A DNA stretch of 64,000 bases from Paraspadella gotoi. Lineage: Eukaryota; Animalia; Chaetognatha. A program made the translations under genes and the position numbers. Location: NCBI GenBank assembly GCA_051294375.1, contig CM119268.1, positions 2,478,063-2,542,062 of the forward strand, in the 5' to 3' direction. Shown here piece by piece: positions 29,157 to 43,215 of the stretch; position 1 is the first letter of the stretch, and every line of letters starts with the position of its first letter. The notes under the pieces were generated by a model. It saw only the letters and a program-made list of their open reading frames with translations. It had not been told where the DNA came from and made no database searches.

Positions 29157-31603
29157 CTGTGAGGTTTGGGGGGGGAGAGGGGGGTTGGAGTAGGGGGATG
29201 GGAGAGGGTTGTAGGGAGGGTGGAAAAGAAAAGGATAATATAGAGTTTGAGTGGCGTGTGGGAAGTGTGGGAGTGTGGGAGATTCATGGAGAGGGGAAAG
29301 ATTTAAAAAAGGAAGGCAAGGAAGGAAAGGAAGGAAAGGAAGGAAAGGAAGGAAGGAAGGAAAGGAAGCAAAGGAAGGAAAGGAAGGAAGGAAAAGGAAG
29401 GAAAGGAAGCAAAGGAAGGAAAGGAAGGAAAGGAAGGAAGTTAAGAGGAAAGAAAAGAGAAAAGAAGGAAAAGACGCGAGGTTTAGCTTGAAAGAGAATA
29501 GAAGACCTCCAATGGTAGGGAAAAAGCTCGGGCGCTCCGAGTGAGGTCGGCTCAGGAAAATTATTCCCTTCTTAATTTTGTTTAAACAAAAATTCAGTTT
29601 CTTTTTTTCCACTATTTTATCTTTTATTCTCAACGATATGAAAACAAACTTGAATCTGATTACGAAATTTCAAAAAAATAAAAAAGTTTCATGCGGATTA
29701 AAACCGGAACGAAACCTTGGAGATAATTGCTTGTAATTAAACGCTTGGTAGCTGATTGAGAGCTTGCAAGATTTATTTGACGTAGAAAGACTTAACTTTA
29801 GAGATTACTCATCGATTTTTTTTAAAACAAGTTTTTCATCTCCCGGTGGGAAATATCACTTTGTAAAACGAAAGTGTGACGGATAAAGTTTAGATTTATG
29901 TATCGTAAATATTATTTTTACAAATCAGAATTTAACAAAAAATAAATTTCCTTTCGAATGTCATCGTCGTAAAAAGGGATGTGGGGGGGAGGTTAGCATC
30001 AAAGCTTGGCTTAACTCAAGGGTCCGTGGGAACAAGCGATTCAAAGCGATAAGGGGAAAAAAAAGTAGAGAGGAATATAAAATGAGGAGGAGAGAGTAAA
30101 ATAACTGGGGCAGAGTCGACGTGGAGAATTGGAAATGGTGAGAGCAGATTAGGAATTCGACTAAAAGGGAATGGAGGAAAACAGATGGAAAGAGAAGAGA
30201 AGAAAAGAGTGAAAAAAAGTAAAGAGAAAGTAGAGTAAAAGGAAAGAGAGAGGAAAAAAAAGAAAGAAAAAAGTATAAAAAAGGAAAGAAAAAGGCAAGA
30301 AACAAATTGTTCAAAAAGGAAAAGAAATATGGCGAAAGTTAACGATGGTACAAATCGGATTCATGGGATAAGATAATGTAATGGAAAATTTAATGTTGAA
30401 TTAATTAAAACGGAAAAAAAAACAAAACGCTAAAAAAGATAAACTCACTAGAAAAAGAAAGCGAATAATAAAAAACCCATAGTTCAAAACCGCGACACAG
30501 AAAAAAGAAAAAAAGATTGAGAGCGAGTCAAAATGGAGAGTAATAAAACTTGAGTAAGAGCTTTTTTTTCCTAGTTGGACGGAGAGTTGGGGGGGACAAC
30601 TACTCATAGAAACTATGGCCAAAGAAGATGGCGGAGAAGAGAATTTATGGTCGCTGAGTTCATACGCGAAAATAGTATTTCTATTTACTCTTAACATAGT
30701 CGCTAGAGAGACTTTCGTGTTAAAAGAGGAATTGCGTCTTACATAAGTAACTCATTACTACAAATTTTTTTCTCTCTCTTTTTTAAGCTTTTAACCATGT
30801 ATTTTTTTTTATTTCGGAAATAATGTTTTTGGATTTTTTTTATCACTGAACCATTAAACCCAGCACGTCGTTAATGTAAACTATTTTTACTTTGATTTTC
30901 TATGCAATAATTTTTTTTTCTTGGCTCATCTCTTTCGTCATAACTTTCTTTTTTTNNNNNNNNNNNNNNNNNNNNNNNNNNNNNNNNNNNNNNNNNNNNN
31001 NNNNNNNNNNNNNNNNNNNNNNNNNNNNNNNNNNNNNNNNNNNNNNNNNNNNNNNNNNNNNNNNNNNNNNNNNNNNNNNNNNNNNNNNNNNNNNNNNNNN
31101 NNNNNNNNNNNNNNNNNNNNNNNNNNNNNNNNNNNNNNNNNNNNNNNNNNNNNNNNNNNNNNNNNNNNNNNNNNNNNNNNNNNGAGAGAGAGAGAGAGAG
31201 AGAGAGAAATCATTCTCTTATCAATTATTCGTGTTTAGGTTATCGTGTCACTTGAAAAGTTGTTCGGTTCAAACAAGAAGCGGAGGAGATTTCGTGAAGT
31301 TCACAGTCAAAACCCACAAGAAGCTGGAAAAATCACCAAAAACGTCGAGGGCAAAGGAAGTGAATTGAATTTTTTGTATAAAAATAAACACAGAAAGAAT
31401 TAAAAACAAAATTAAAACAAAAACAAAAACATAAACATGAAGATAAACAAAGAAAAAACATAAAATAAAAAGAGATACTTGATTCCCCATCTCCCTCCTA
31501 GCTTCTCTCTTCTCCTTACCTAATCTTACCATTTCTTACCACCCTACCCCCTTCGCCTCCCCCCACCCTTCTCCTCCATCCCTCCAACTACCCCTAAACC
31601 CAC

Positions 31604-32699
31604 CGGAAGGAGGCGTTCCCGACGACGACGCGTAATCCGACGTCAACAACTGATTAGGATTCGGCGCCGAAGCCGTTGAGTTTTTTCTCGGCGGCGGAGG
31701 CCCCGTCTCTCCCGGCACAGTCAACAAGCAGCCGGAACTTCCGGCTGCGGCAGCGTCTCGGCCCTTCTCCTCCTCTTCCCCCTCTTCCTCCGTTCCGGCT
31801 CTTTCCTCGGCGTCCGTACTCGATCTCCTCTCGGCTCCGCCGGATTCTATCGGCGAGGCTCGTCCTCCGACGGAATGCCGCGTCGGCGACGCCGGCCGCA
31901 TTTCCCGCAGCGACGCCGAGGCGCGGCGGAGAAGCATCTGTTCGTTGGGCGTAGAGTAGGAGCGGGACTTGGTGAGGCTGCCGCCGGCCGCGTCGCCGGG
32001 GCTGGCCGCGCCGAGCGCGGGCGAACTGCTCCGCGGCGGCGAATGTCCCTCGTTGGCCAAATGGTGATAAGAGTTGGCGCGCAACGAGGTCGTTCGCGAT
32101 CGACTCGGCTCCGGCTCCAGCGTCGGCATTCCGGAAGCCGACGTCGTCGTCGTCATCGTCGACGTCGACATTCGTCGCATGAGATTGACAGCAACGTTGC
32201 GGCGGAGATGATGCGGCAGCGAAGACGGACGTTGCTCTCCGGTGTAGGGAGTGATGTCGTCGACGTCGTCGTCGTCGTCGTCGTCGTTGCGAAATTCGGA
32301 GATGGAGACGAGCGGAGAAATGCGCGGCCGATAGGGGGCGTTGGAACCGACTGGAGCGCCACCCGCGGGGCCCGTGCCGCCGGAATGGGTCGTTCCCGGG
32401 TTGAGCAGAGTGGCGATGGCTTTGAGACCGCTGACCACTTGAGGCGACAAGTTGGGGTCGGCCAACATGTCGCTCACGATCCCGTGGGCCTCCATCACAG
32501 TGGCCGCGTCGTAGGAGGAGGCGTGGCCCGCGGCGCCGTGGGGATTCGGCGGCGGTTTTTGGAAGAGCGCCGGGAGAGAGGTGCGCCGGTTGCGATGAGC
32601 CACGCCCAAGGGAGAAGGGGCGGCCGATTGCATGGAGAATTACTGTTGGCCGGGAGGATACGACGCCGAAATGCCGGGGGCCTTTCGTCCGATGGTCAC
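31604..32699 (-). CDS. PDE3: PDE3 regulatory-region exon
   Basis: RRTSLP, MEAHGIVSDMLADPNL..V..L.AI..LL and STSTMTTTTSASGMPTLEPEPSR resemble the PDE3A/B regulatory region. AAG acceptor and G|GTGGGT donor. The first ~65 nt contain an apparent indel or stop. Confidence 0.9.
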
Positions 32700-33110
32700 C
32701 TTTGATTTTGGAAACGCGAGTGGGGGGTGGAAGGCAGGGACTGGGGGAGTGGAGAGAAAGAAGGGTGGCTGGGAGAAAAATGGCGACCAGGGGAGAGGAT
32801 ATGGCGAAAGGGGATGTGTATGAGTAAGTTAACGAATAAAACAAAATAGCAATGGTTGGATAAATAACTAAAATATTGAGGAAGTTATGAAGAAATAAAG
32901 TTAAAGAAATTTAAGTTGAAATGAGAAATATAGAGCCGAGGGAAAAACGAATGAAGGAAAGGAAAAGAGAGAAGGAGGGCGATGGGAAATATAAAGGGGA
33001 AAGATGAACCGTTGAGTAAATCTAGTTTGCATAACGAATCTGGGTTAAATGGGAGGAGAAAGTTTGGGTTGGAGAAACGAAGGTGATTGTTGCGTTTACA
33101 TTTAGGGCGG

Positions 33111-33231
<121 letters not shown>

Positions 33232-33740
33232 CAGAGCGAGGAATGAAGAACTTGGAATGTTAGACGTAATATGTAAAATGGTGAAAAAGGAAGAGGATAA
33301 TATGAGAAGGGAAGATGAACAATGAAAGATATGAAGAACTGAATGAACTGAAAGAACTGAATGTCGAAAAAGAAAAGAAAAAAATATGAATGAGATGAAG
33401 AAAGGAAAAACTGTGAACGTCAAAAAGGAAAAGAAAAGAAATGAATGAGTTTGAAGGATGGAAACTAATTAACTAAAATGTGACAAGGAGTAGCGAATCG
33501 ACGCTGTGAGAGTAACGAAAAGATTCGTGAATTGTGACTCGATCACTAAGCCTCACATTGGCTCACTACTCGACGCCATTTTTTTTCTTTTTGAAATTCA
33601 ACAACGACGTCGTTTAAATCACTCCACTGTGCGGAATCGCTAAAGCACGCCCTTCATTATGGTCTACTGCTTCAGGGGGCTTTTTTAGATTGGTTGGAGA
33701 GAGAGAGAGAGAGGCAGAGAGAGAGAGAGAGAGAGCGAGA

Positions 33741-33773
<33 letters not shown>

Positions 33774-33881
33774 GAGAAGAGAGAGAGAGAGGGGTTGTTC
33801 GAGACGCAGAATATAAGTGAAAAGTGGAGCATTCAACGAATTAGAGTGATACTTACGACGGTAGATTTAATTATAAAACTA

Positions 33882-34056
33882 AGATGAATAAGAACTTCAT
33901 TCACTCGATAGAAGATAGAAGATGAATAAGAACTTCATTTTCTCAATAGAAGATAGAATATGAATAAGAACTTCATTCACTTGATAGAAGCTAGAAGATA
34001 GAAGATGAATAGGAACTTCATTCACTCGATAGAAGATAGAAGATAGAAGATGAATA

Positions 34057-34058
<2 letters not shown>
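33882..34058 (+). repeat. About 38-45 bp tandem repeat (GATGAATAAGAACTTCATTCACTCGATAGAAGATAGAA), about 4 copies
   Basis: Directly visible. Each unit has a small ATGAA..TTCAT inverted core. Confidence 0.85.
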
Positions 34059-34093
<35 letters not shown>

Positions 34094-36331
34094 CGAAAGA
34101 AAAGAGAAATTTGAGATGAGCTTAATTAAAATCTTAAGAACACACAAGGTGGGGTGGCGTTTAAATACATACGAGTTTCCAAAGGATAAGAATAGCAAGA
34201 CAATTGGCGGTTATTTACGTGAGTTGAAAATCGAGTTTAAAAAAAAACGTGGGTCTTAACTATAATCATCAAAAGTGGAAAATGGCTTCACACGCGACAT
34301 CGTGACGTCAACAGATAACAAAACAAAATTCCCGGTTGATGAACCCAAAAAAACCTTCACCGCTGAAAAAAAGAAGAACTTTCTTCTAAATTTCGGTGCA
34401 AAAGAAAAAAAATGAACAAAAATTGTCTTGGTTGTATTTTTTGGGGTTTTTTTTCGTACCTCCAAGAATTTCATAAACTAAACCGCAAAAAAAAAAGGAA
34501 AAAAGCGAGAACGAAAACAAAAGGTTTAAAAAAATGTTTTAAACATGACGTTGACATGGAATTTTTGTGAATTGTTAAGAACGAACGAACAACGCTTCCA
34601 ACTTCACGTGCAAATATTTTCTTGTATTAGATAAAACGTAAAAATCCTGGGCGCGCAAGTTTTTCGCATAAATTTTGAGAAATAAAAAATCCGTTTTACA
34701 AAATTTTCTTTTGAAGGCGCGAAAGAGTTTAGGTGCAAAAAAAAACAAAAACAAAACAAAAAAAACAGAAAGTAAAAAAAAACACGAAAGAAATTTGTCA
34801 ATTTCGCGTTGGCGTCAACTTGCATCAGCGAAGGCATGAACAACGAGATGCAACCTTGCATCAACGAATCTGGCATAGGCATAGACGTCAACCAAGCGTC
34901 GACATTCCATCATCATCACTTTTATTATCCTCGTCAATCTTTCCTCATTTTTTTTTCTTAAATCCAGCGCCATTTTTTCTTTCGTTGCAACGTTCAAGGA
35001 ACCAACGAAGGAGCAACAAAGACAATTGCATCGTCTGGGGATCCTGCCTTTTTCCATCTGGCATCAACGATTACCATATGCCGTCGTTAGGAAAGAATTT
35101 TTACACATTCTCTCTTTTTCTCTCTCTCTCTCTCTGGGAAGCTTCATGGTTTTTTTTTCATCGTATGGCTGCGTCCAATGATTAACGAAAACTCCTTAGC
35201 CTAAGGCTTAGGCTGAGAAGCTTCACTGGTTTATTTTAATATTTTCGTAATCTGACTTAATGTTTTTCAAGTAATTGTATTTTCCCATTGTTTGATGTTG
35301 CCCATCCTAGTTAATTATACAAATTAGATTAAACGCCTCTGGAAACAGACTTTCATTAAAGAAATTCTTAATCGAGTTTTTACTCAAGCTCTTTTAAACA
35401 AGAAATGATTATTTCGCCCCAATCGGCTGCGAAGTCATATAATTGGATTTCGTCTCAGCCGATTTTCTCTTCGAATCGAAACAAAATAGAATTGAATTTA
35501 ACAACAACAAAAAAATCGCATTTTGAATTTTTATTTGTCGCGTTTTAATAAAAAGCTAAGTTTATTTTTTATTCTTTCATACAGTATTAACCAAATAATT
35601 TTTTTCAATTGATTATTTCTTTTTCAGTAATAACCTAAATCGAATAAACGTAGACTAATACGAGTGTGTTCAAAAGAAAGTTCTCTTTCAAGCTAAAATT
35701 TTTAAAAAATTATTTCAAAAACTTTAACAAGACGTTAAAAATTAATTTGCTTTGAACGTAATTTTCAATGATGAAGTAAAACCGATATATTTTTTATTTC
35801 TTGAAAAAAAGTTATTTTAAATTTTTTTTTAAATATCAGCTAAACAAATCAAATTACCTCCTTCGGACACAATCTCCAGACCTCAAAGCAAATCACCCGA
35901 ATGAGAAGAAACGCAAATCAATCACAAAATTGACAAAACGGAAAAAGAATCTTTACAAAAGTGATTTTAACCTCGGGCTTCGACTTTTAATTTCCATTTT
36001 TAACCTCGTCTAACCCTTTCACTTTTCTTGCCGTTTTAAATCTTTTCATTTTTGAAATTTCGTAGTTAAAATAATTACCGACGCTTCGCTAAAAGGGTGT
36101 TTCAATAATTATATTNNNNNNNNNNNNNNNNNNNNNNNNNNNNNNNNNNNNNNNNNNNNNNNNNNNNNNNNNNNNNNNNNNNNNNNNNNNNNNNNNNNNN
36201 NNNNNNNNNNNNNNNNNNNNNNNNNNNNNNNNNNNNNNNNNNNNNNNNNNNNNNNNNNNNNNNNNNNNNNNNNNNNNNNNNNNNNNNNNNNNNNNNNNNN
36301 NNNNNNNNNNNNNNNNNNNNNNNNNNNNNNN

Positions 36332-36939
36332 ATCCCTTCATCATCGTCTCCATCTTCTTAGCGACGAAGACGCCTCCCAGTCCGGCCAAGTACGCCGCCG
36401 CGGGTCTCGCCCCTTCCGGCAGCGCCACCAACGTCACGCCGGCGGCGTAGCGGCACCCGACGGCGGCGCCGATCAGCGTCCGGCGTTTCCCGGCGTTCAA
36501 TCCGGCGGCGAGTAGAGCGAGATGCGCGGCGACGACGACGACCACCAACGGGAGCCAAAGATTCAGAAAAGGAGCGAAAAACGCCGACGACGCCGTCCGG
36601 GATTCTCCGGAGTCCTCGTCGACGAGCCGCTGGGCGATCTCCTTGGCCAGCGCCTCTCCCGCGACGCAAGAGAAGAAAAGGGCGAAGACGGCGTCGGAGG
36701 AAATTGAGCGGCGATGGTGCAGCGTGATCCAGTAGAAAACCGAAGAGACAGAGAGAAAAGGAAGAACCGTGAGCAGAAACGCGTTGGCCAACGAGGACAC
36801 GTGTGGAGAAAAGAGGAAGGAAGGAAGAGGAGAGGAGGAGAGCGAGAAAGAGGAGGAGGGGGAGAAAGGAGGGGCGGTGGGAGGAGAGGAGGAGGTGGAG
36901 AGGAGGCGGGGAGAGGAGCCAGCCCGGCGCAGGCAGGGG
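36332..36939 (-). CDS. PDE3: PDE3 N-terminal membrane-association (NHR1-like) exon; 3' end runs into N gap
   Basis: FFSCVAGEALA and RPAAAYLAGLGGVFVAKKME resemble vertebrate PDE3 'AACCGGEAL' and '[20 protein letters not shown]'. Several hydrophobic helices; candidate acceptor TTCAG at 36940. Confidence 0.88.
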
Positions 36940-37261
36940 CTGAAGCCGAGTTGTGGGGGAGAAATAGGGAAAGTGGGGTAGTTGGTTCGTTCGAAGGCGG
37001 GGGAGCGGGTGGGAAGAAGGGGCGCGAGGTTAGAACGACACAATGACGTGTCGCGAGGCGGGCTGAGCTCGGCGAGGACGCGCGTCGCGCTTCATCCACC
37101 AATCGGAGGAGAGGAACGTGGACGTTGATCTCGCGAACGTCCGCGCTCCGACCAATCGGAGACGTGTAATGGGGGAGAGGGGATGGGGGAGGCCGAGATC
37201 TTAAAGCGGGGGAGAGGGTGGGGGAGGAGAGGGAGAGGCGTACTGGAAGAGAGAGAGGGAG

Positions 37262-37298
<37 letters not shown>

Positions 37299-37415
37299 AG
37301 AGAGAGAAGAGAGAGAGAGATAAAATAAGAATATTATAAAATCCGTGATTCGACTTTGATGTGGTGTGAAACTAAAAGAGAGAGTGAAGAAATATACCGA
37401 AGACGAGAGAGAATG

Positions 37416-37489
<74 letters not shown>

Positions 37490-38349
37490 AGAGCATTCGC
37501 TTTCATTGAACGTGAAGAGAACAGATTGAAAAGAACTAGGAAAGAGAGTAATTGCAGAGGGAAGAAGACGAGAGAGACAGGAAAGAGAGATAGAGAGACA
37601 GAGAGAGAGACAAAAAGAAAGATAAAAGAGACTGAGTAGAGAGAGAGAATAAATAATTTTGAAATCAAAAGACTGAAAGGCAATCGCTGCGGCCAGTTAG
37701 AAAGACAGACAAACATAAAGACGGATTAAAGGATATGACTAATAGAGAGGCCCATTCGTTCATTACCGGTCCTTTCTGTCGTTCTTTTCCTTCCTCATCA
37801 CCAAAATCTCCTCTTCCCCTGCACCCCAGCCCCTCTAACCCCTGCCCCCCCTGGCCCCCTTGCCCCCCTCTCTCGTGGCCAAAAATAAAAGAATTTCCCT
37901 TGAGTTTGAAAAATGTTTTTTTTTCCTCGGCCGCCGAAAGAAGAAGAAGAAAAGAAGAAGAAGAAGAAGAAGAAGGAGAAGAAGAAGAAGAAATTAGATG
38001 CGGATAAAGGGAGAGGGAAGAGAAGACGAAGAGGGGAGGGGTGAAGATGAGAGTGAAACAGAGAGACAGACAGAGAGAGAGACAACCTTGCAAAATTTAT
38101 AAGAATTCGATTGCATTATTGCGGCCGTTAACTTTTTTTCCCTACATAATAACTGTTTTATGAAATAATAAGTTAATGATACGTCTAACAAGGACAACCA
38201 TGAAAACCTTAAAAACAGACCAAGAGACAAATACGTATTAAAAGACCGTTTGACTTTGTAGTAGTTCTCATATATTCTGATAGACAGACAGATAGACTTA
38301 TAGACACTCAGACCGACAGACCAACAAACAGTTTTCTTGCGATCCTTAC

Positions 38350-38407
38350 CCTTTTATCGTTGGAGGTTCGTCGCCGGCGTCTTGGGATCCCGGATCCGCC
38401 GAGCAAG
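38350..38407 (-). CDS. Candidate 58 nt PDE3 upstream micro-exon
   Basis: AAG acceptor and GG|GTAAGG donor. (A)CSADPGSQDAGDEPPTIK(G). Phase 1 in and phase 2 out fit the neighbouring candidate exons. Confidence 0.55.
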
Positions 38408-38607
38408 CTTTGAATATTTTAAATGGGAGGGCGGGATTCGGTTAAAAGGTAAATTAGTTGGCGATGATTATTATTGATTGTTATTGTTATCTATCGGAAA
38501 AAAACGTTTTAATAAATAACGAATTACGTGCTACGTTAGTTGTTTAAAGAACTTGACATAAGAAGATATTAAGAGCAAGAAAAACTAGTGAATAGTGAAA
38601 AATGACT

Positions 38608-38649
38608 AGGGAGAAGGGAGAGGCGTATCTGGAAGAGAGAGAGGGATGG

Positions 38650-38687
<38 letters not shown>

Positions 38688-38801
38688 GAGAGAGAAGAGA
38701 GAGATTTAATAATAAGAAATATTATAAAAATCTGATCGACTTGTGTGGTGGAAACTAAAAGAGGAGAGTGAAGAAATATACGAGACGGAGAAGACAGAGA
38801 G

Positions 38802-38865
<64 letters not shown>

Positions 38866-39967
38866 GAGAGTTTTCGCTTTCATTTGAAAACGTGAAAGAG
38901 AAACAGATTGAAAGAACTAGGAAAGAGAGTAATTATAGAATGATGATGATGAGACATAATTATATATAGGAAGATGTATATATATAAAGAAAGAGAGATC
39001 TGAGAGAGAGAGATATATATTATATATATATTTAAAAGAACTGAAAGGCTAATCCGGCTGTCGGCCAGTTAGAAAGACAGACAAACATAAAGACGGATAA
39101 AGGATATGACTAATAAGAGAGGCCCATTCGTTTCTTACCGTTCCTTCTTCTTCGATCACAATCTCCTCCCTTCCCCTGCACCCCCCAGCCTCTACACCCC
39201 CCTCCCCCCCCTGGCCCCCTTGCCCCCCCTTGCTCGTGGCCAAAATAAAAGAAATTCCCTTGAGTTTGAATAAATGCTTTTTTTCCTCGGCCGCCGAGAA
39301 GAAGAGAGAAATAATAATATAATATATATATATATAATAGAGTAAGATATAAATATATTAAGAAATTAGATGCGGATAAAGGGAGAGGGAGAGAGACGAA
39401 GAGGAGGGTGAAGAATGAGAGTGCAAACAGAGAGACAGACAGAGAGAGAGGACAACCTTGCAAAAAATTGATAAGAAATTCGATTGCATTATTGCGGCCG
39501 TATTTTTTTCCCTTACATAATAAACTTTTTAGAAATATAGAGTTAAATGATACTCAACAAGACAACATGAAAACCAAAACAGACCAAGAGACAAATACGT
39601 ATTAAAAGACCCGTTTGACTTTGTAGTAGTGTCATATATTTCTATATACAGTATATATATAGACTTATAGACACTCAGACCGACAGACCAACAAACAGTT
39701 TTCTTGCGATCTTACCCTTTTATCGTTGGAGGTTCGTCGCCGCGCGTCTTGGGATCGTGATCCGCCGAGCAGCTTTTGAATATTTTAAATGGAGGGCGGA
39801 TTCGTTAAAAAGGTAAATTAGTGGCGATGATTATTATGATTGTTATTGTTATCTATTCGGAAAAAAACGTAATAAATAAACGAATTACGTGCTACGTAGT
39901 TGTTTAAAGGAACTTGACATAAGAGATATTAAGAGCAGAAATTTATGGAATATAGTATATTAATGAC
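38608..39967. other. Noisy tandem copy of about 37226-38606; probable assembly artefact
   Basis: Colinear and indel-rich, with GA tracts rendered as TA tracts. Confidence 0.8.
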
Positions 39968-42110
39968 GCATTGAAAACAAAATTCATTTAAAACTTTAAA
40001 AAGATAAAAATATATACAATTATATATATATCTCTTATAAAAAATCTCACCTCCGCTCAATTCAGCGGAACTTCTTCATCTCTGCCGCAATTTCCGCCGA
40101 ATTCTGCCGCAACCGCTCCTCCTCCGCCGCATCCTCCTATCCCGCAATCGGCTGTCCTTCTGCCGCATCGAGACTCGCCGTCCCCTCCGAGCAAAACTCG
40201 TCCGTCGGTTGGATCCGTACGAATCGTCGGCAACTCGGGATGTGGAGACGGCATTGCCGCCTTCCGCTTCTCTTTGGTTTCGTCGTTTGTCGCCGTCTTC
40301 TTTGCCGTCTTCCGTGCTCTACTCCGTGACGGTGAAGCCTTCAGTGCCACGTGCCACAACTGTTCGTTCCTCGTTGCCATCTTCGTCTCCGCCATCTTTC
40401 CCGCCAGTGCCTCCTCGTCGTCGTCGGCCGCGGCGTCGTCGCAATTATCGTCGCATATCGGTTCGTCGGGAACTCCTCCATTCGTTCGATCGTTGTAACC
40501 GGATCGCCGCGGGATTTTTACGGATCGCCGTCGGCTTGGATATATATGTCGAAAATCTCGGGTTCTGCGCGCTTTGGCAATTTCGAGCCGCCTCTCGTTA
40601 GCAGGGAATTCTAAATTGACTGTCGGCTTGATCGACGTGCTGGCACTTTGGCGTATGAGGGCTGCTCTTCTCTCATCTACATAACATATATCGTACGCTC
40701 GGTCCGTATCATTGAAGAAAACGTCAGCCTCGTAGCGAGCTCATGTCTATCTCTGCACGTTCTCTTGGTTATGTCACTACTGAGATAGTCATATTTTAAA
40801 GCTAAGCTCACTCGAAGACGTGATGCCAATATGCTCATATACGTGGGCAGAGTATCACATATGTCCAACGTGCCCAGACATGGTCTAATTAGTCCAACGT
40901 CAATTCTCACGAATCCCTTGCTAACGAGAGGCGCCTCGAATTGCCATAAGCGCGGAGAACCCGAGAATCGACATTATATATCTCAAGCCCGACGGCGATA
41001 TCCGTAAAAATCCCGGCGGCGGATCCCGGTTACAACGATCGAAGGAAGATGGAGGAGTTCCCCGACGACGATAATTTGCGACGATAATTGCGACGACGCC
41101 GCGGCCGACCGACGACGAAGGAGGCACTGCGGGGAAAGAGGCGGAGACGAAGATGGCAACGAGGACGAACGAGTTTGTGGCACGTGGCACTGAAGCGCCT
41201 TTCCACGGTCACGGAGCGTGACGGGAAGACGGCAAACGAGACGGCGACAACGACGAACCAAAGAGAGGCGGGAAGGCGGCAATGCCCGTCTCCCCACATC
41301 CCGAGTGCCGACGATGTTCGTACGGATCCACGACGGAACGGAAGTTTGCTCGGAGGGGACGGCGGGAGTCGGTCTGATGCGGCAGAGGACGAGCCGATTG
41401 CGCAGAGATTCCGAGAGGATGCGGCGGAAGGAGGAGCCGTTGCCGGCAGATTCGGCGGACATTGCGGCAGAGATGAAGGAAGTCGCTGAATTGAGCGGAA
41501 GGTTGAGATTTTTTGTTGTTTTTTTTTTTTATCTTTTTAAAGTTTTAATGAATTTTTTTTTCATGCNNNNNNNNNNNNNNNNNNNNNNNNNCTGCCGCAA
41601 CCGGCTCCTCCTCCGCCGCATCCTCCGGAATCTCTGCCGCAATCGGCTCGTCCTCTGCCGCATCGAGACTCGCCGTCCCCTCCGAGCAAACTTCGTCCGT
41701 CGGTGGATCCGTACGAATCGTCGGCAACTCGGGATGTGGGGAGACGGCATTGCCGCCTTCCGCTCTCTTTGGTTCGTCGTTGTCGCCGTCTTCGTTGCCG
41801 TCTTCCGTCACTCCGTGACCGTGAAGGTCTTCAGTGCCACGTGCCACAACTCGTTCGTCCTCGTTGCCATCTTCGTCTCCGCCATCTTTCCCATCAGTGC
41901 CTCCGTCGTCGTCGTCGGCCGCGGCGTCGTCGCAATTATCGTCGCAATTATCGTCGTCGGGGAACTCCTCCATTCTTCGATCGTTGTAACCGGGATCGCC
42001 GCCGGGATTTTAAACGGGATCGCCGTCGGGCTTGAGATATATATGCCGATTCTCGGGTTCTCGGGCTTTGGCAATTTCGAGCCGCCTCTCGTTAGCAGGA
42101 ATTCTAAAAT
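39968..42110. other. Forward / inverted / forward triplication of about 600 bp with a junk spacer; probable long-read missed-adapter artefact
   Basis: A 39968-40617, B (reverse complement) 40915-41546, N gap, C 41592-42110. Each copy has independent indels. Confidence 0.8.
40051..40610 (-). CDS. Candidate acidic (D/E-rich) exon, copy A of three; possibly an upstream PDE3 exon
   Basis: TTTAG acceptor and GAG|GTGAGA donor, GC3-rich. The cleanest copy (41592-42103) reads EEFPDDDNCDD...HPELPTIRTDPPTDEVCSEG. An inverted copy lies at 40915-41546. Confidence 0.55.
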
Positions 42111-43215
42111 GACTTGGCTCGTGAGACTTTGGCACTTGGCAATGAGGCGTTGAGATTATAATCTTAGCTCGCTCGCTGGACTTTTAAAATATGACTAGCT
42201 CGCCAGTAAAAAGTCTTACTGGGATTTTCCAGCATTGAGTTGCTACTGATTATCAATTATTGCTTAGTTTTTGTTTGGTGACTGAGCATTGAGCATCGTA
42301 GACCAGTGAGTCAATGAGCATTAAAGTCAATAAATGCAGAATCAATGCAGAAGAGTCGATGCGGCGAATTGCAGCCAATCAATGGATTCGATGCTTGATG
42401 GTACGAATTAATGCTTTTCTACTGCTCGATACGTTGTCAACCCGGAAGCACATTTGATTTGACGTTATGTATTATTATGCTANNNNNNNNNNNNNNNNNN
42501 NNNNNNNNNNNNNNNNNNNNNNNNNNNNNNNNNNNNNNNNNNNNNNNNNNNNNNNNNNNNNNNNNNNNNNNNNNNNNNNNNNNNNNNNNNNNNNNNNNNN
42601 NNNNNNNNNNNNNNNNNNNNNNNNNNNNNNNNNNNNNNNNNNNNNNNNNNNNNNNNNNNNNNNNNNNNNNNNNNNNNNNNNNNNNNNNNNNNNNNNNNNN
42701 NNNNNNNNNNNNNNNNNNNNNNNNNNNNNNNNNNNNNNNNNNNNNNNNNNNNNNNNNNNNNNNNNNNNNNNNNNNNNNNNNNNNNNNNNNNNNNNNNNNN
42801 NNNNNNNNNNNNNNNNNNNNNNNNNNNNNNNNNNNNNNNNNNNNNNNNNNNNNNNNNNNNNNNNNNNNNNNNNNNNNNNNNNNNNNNNNNNNNNNNNNNN
42901 NNNNNNNNNNNNNNNNNNNNNNNNNNNNNNNNNNNNNNNNNNNNNNNNNNNNNNNNNNNNNNNNNNNNNNNNNNNNNNNNNNNNNNNNNNNNNNNNNNNN
43001 NNNNNNNNNNNNNNNNNNNNNNNNNNNNNNNNNNNNNNNNNNNNNNNNNNNNNNNNNNNNNNNNNNNNNNNNNNNNNNNNNNNNNNNNNNNNNNNNNNNN
43101 NNNNNNNNNNNNNNNNNNNNNNNNNNNNNNNNNNNNNNNNNNNNNNNNNNNNNNNNNNNNNNNNNNNNNNNNNNNNNNNNNNNNNNNNNNNNNNNNNNNN
43201 NNNNNNNNNNNNNNN

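Noticed and set aside
29041-32642. Non-standard genetic code (TAA read as sense)
   Set aside because: Long conserved exons and the 621-aa ORF contain no in-frame TAA, and indel errors are demonstrably common in this window.
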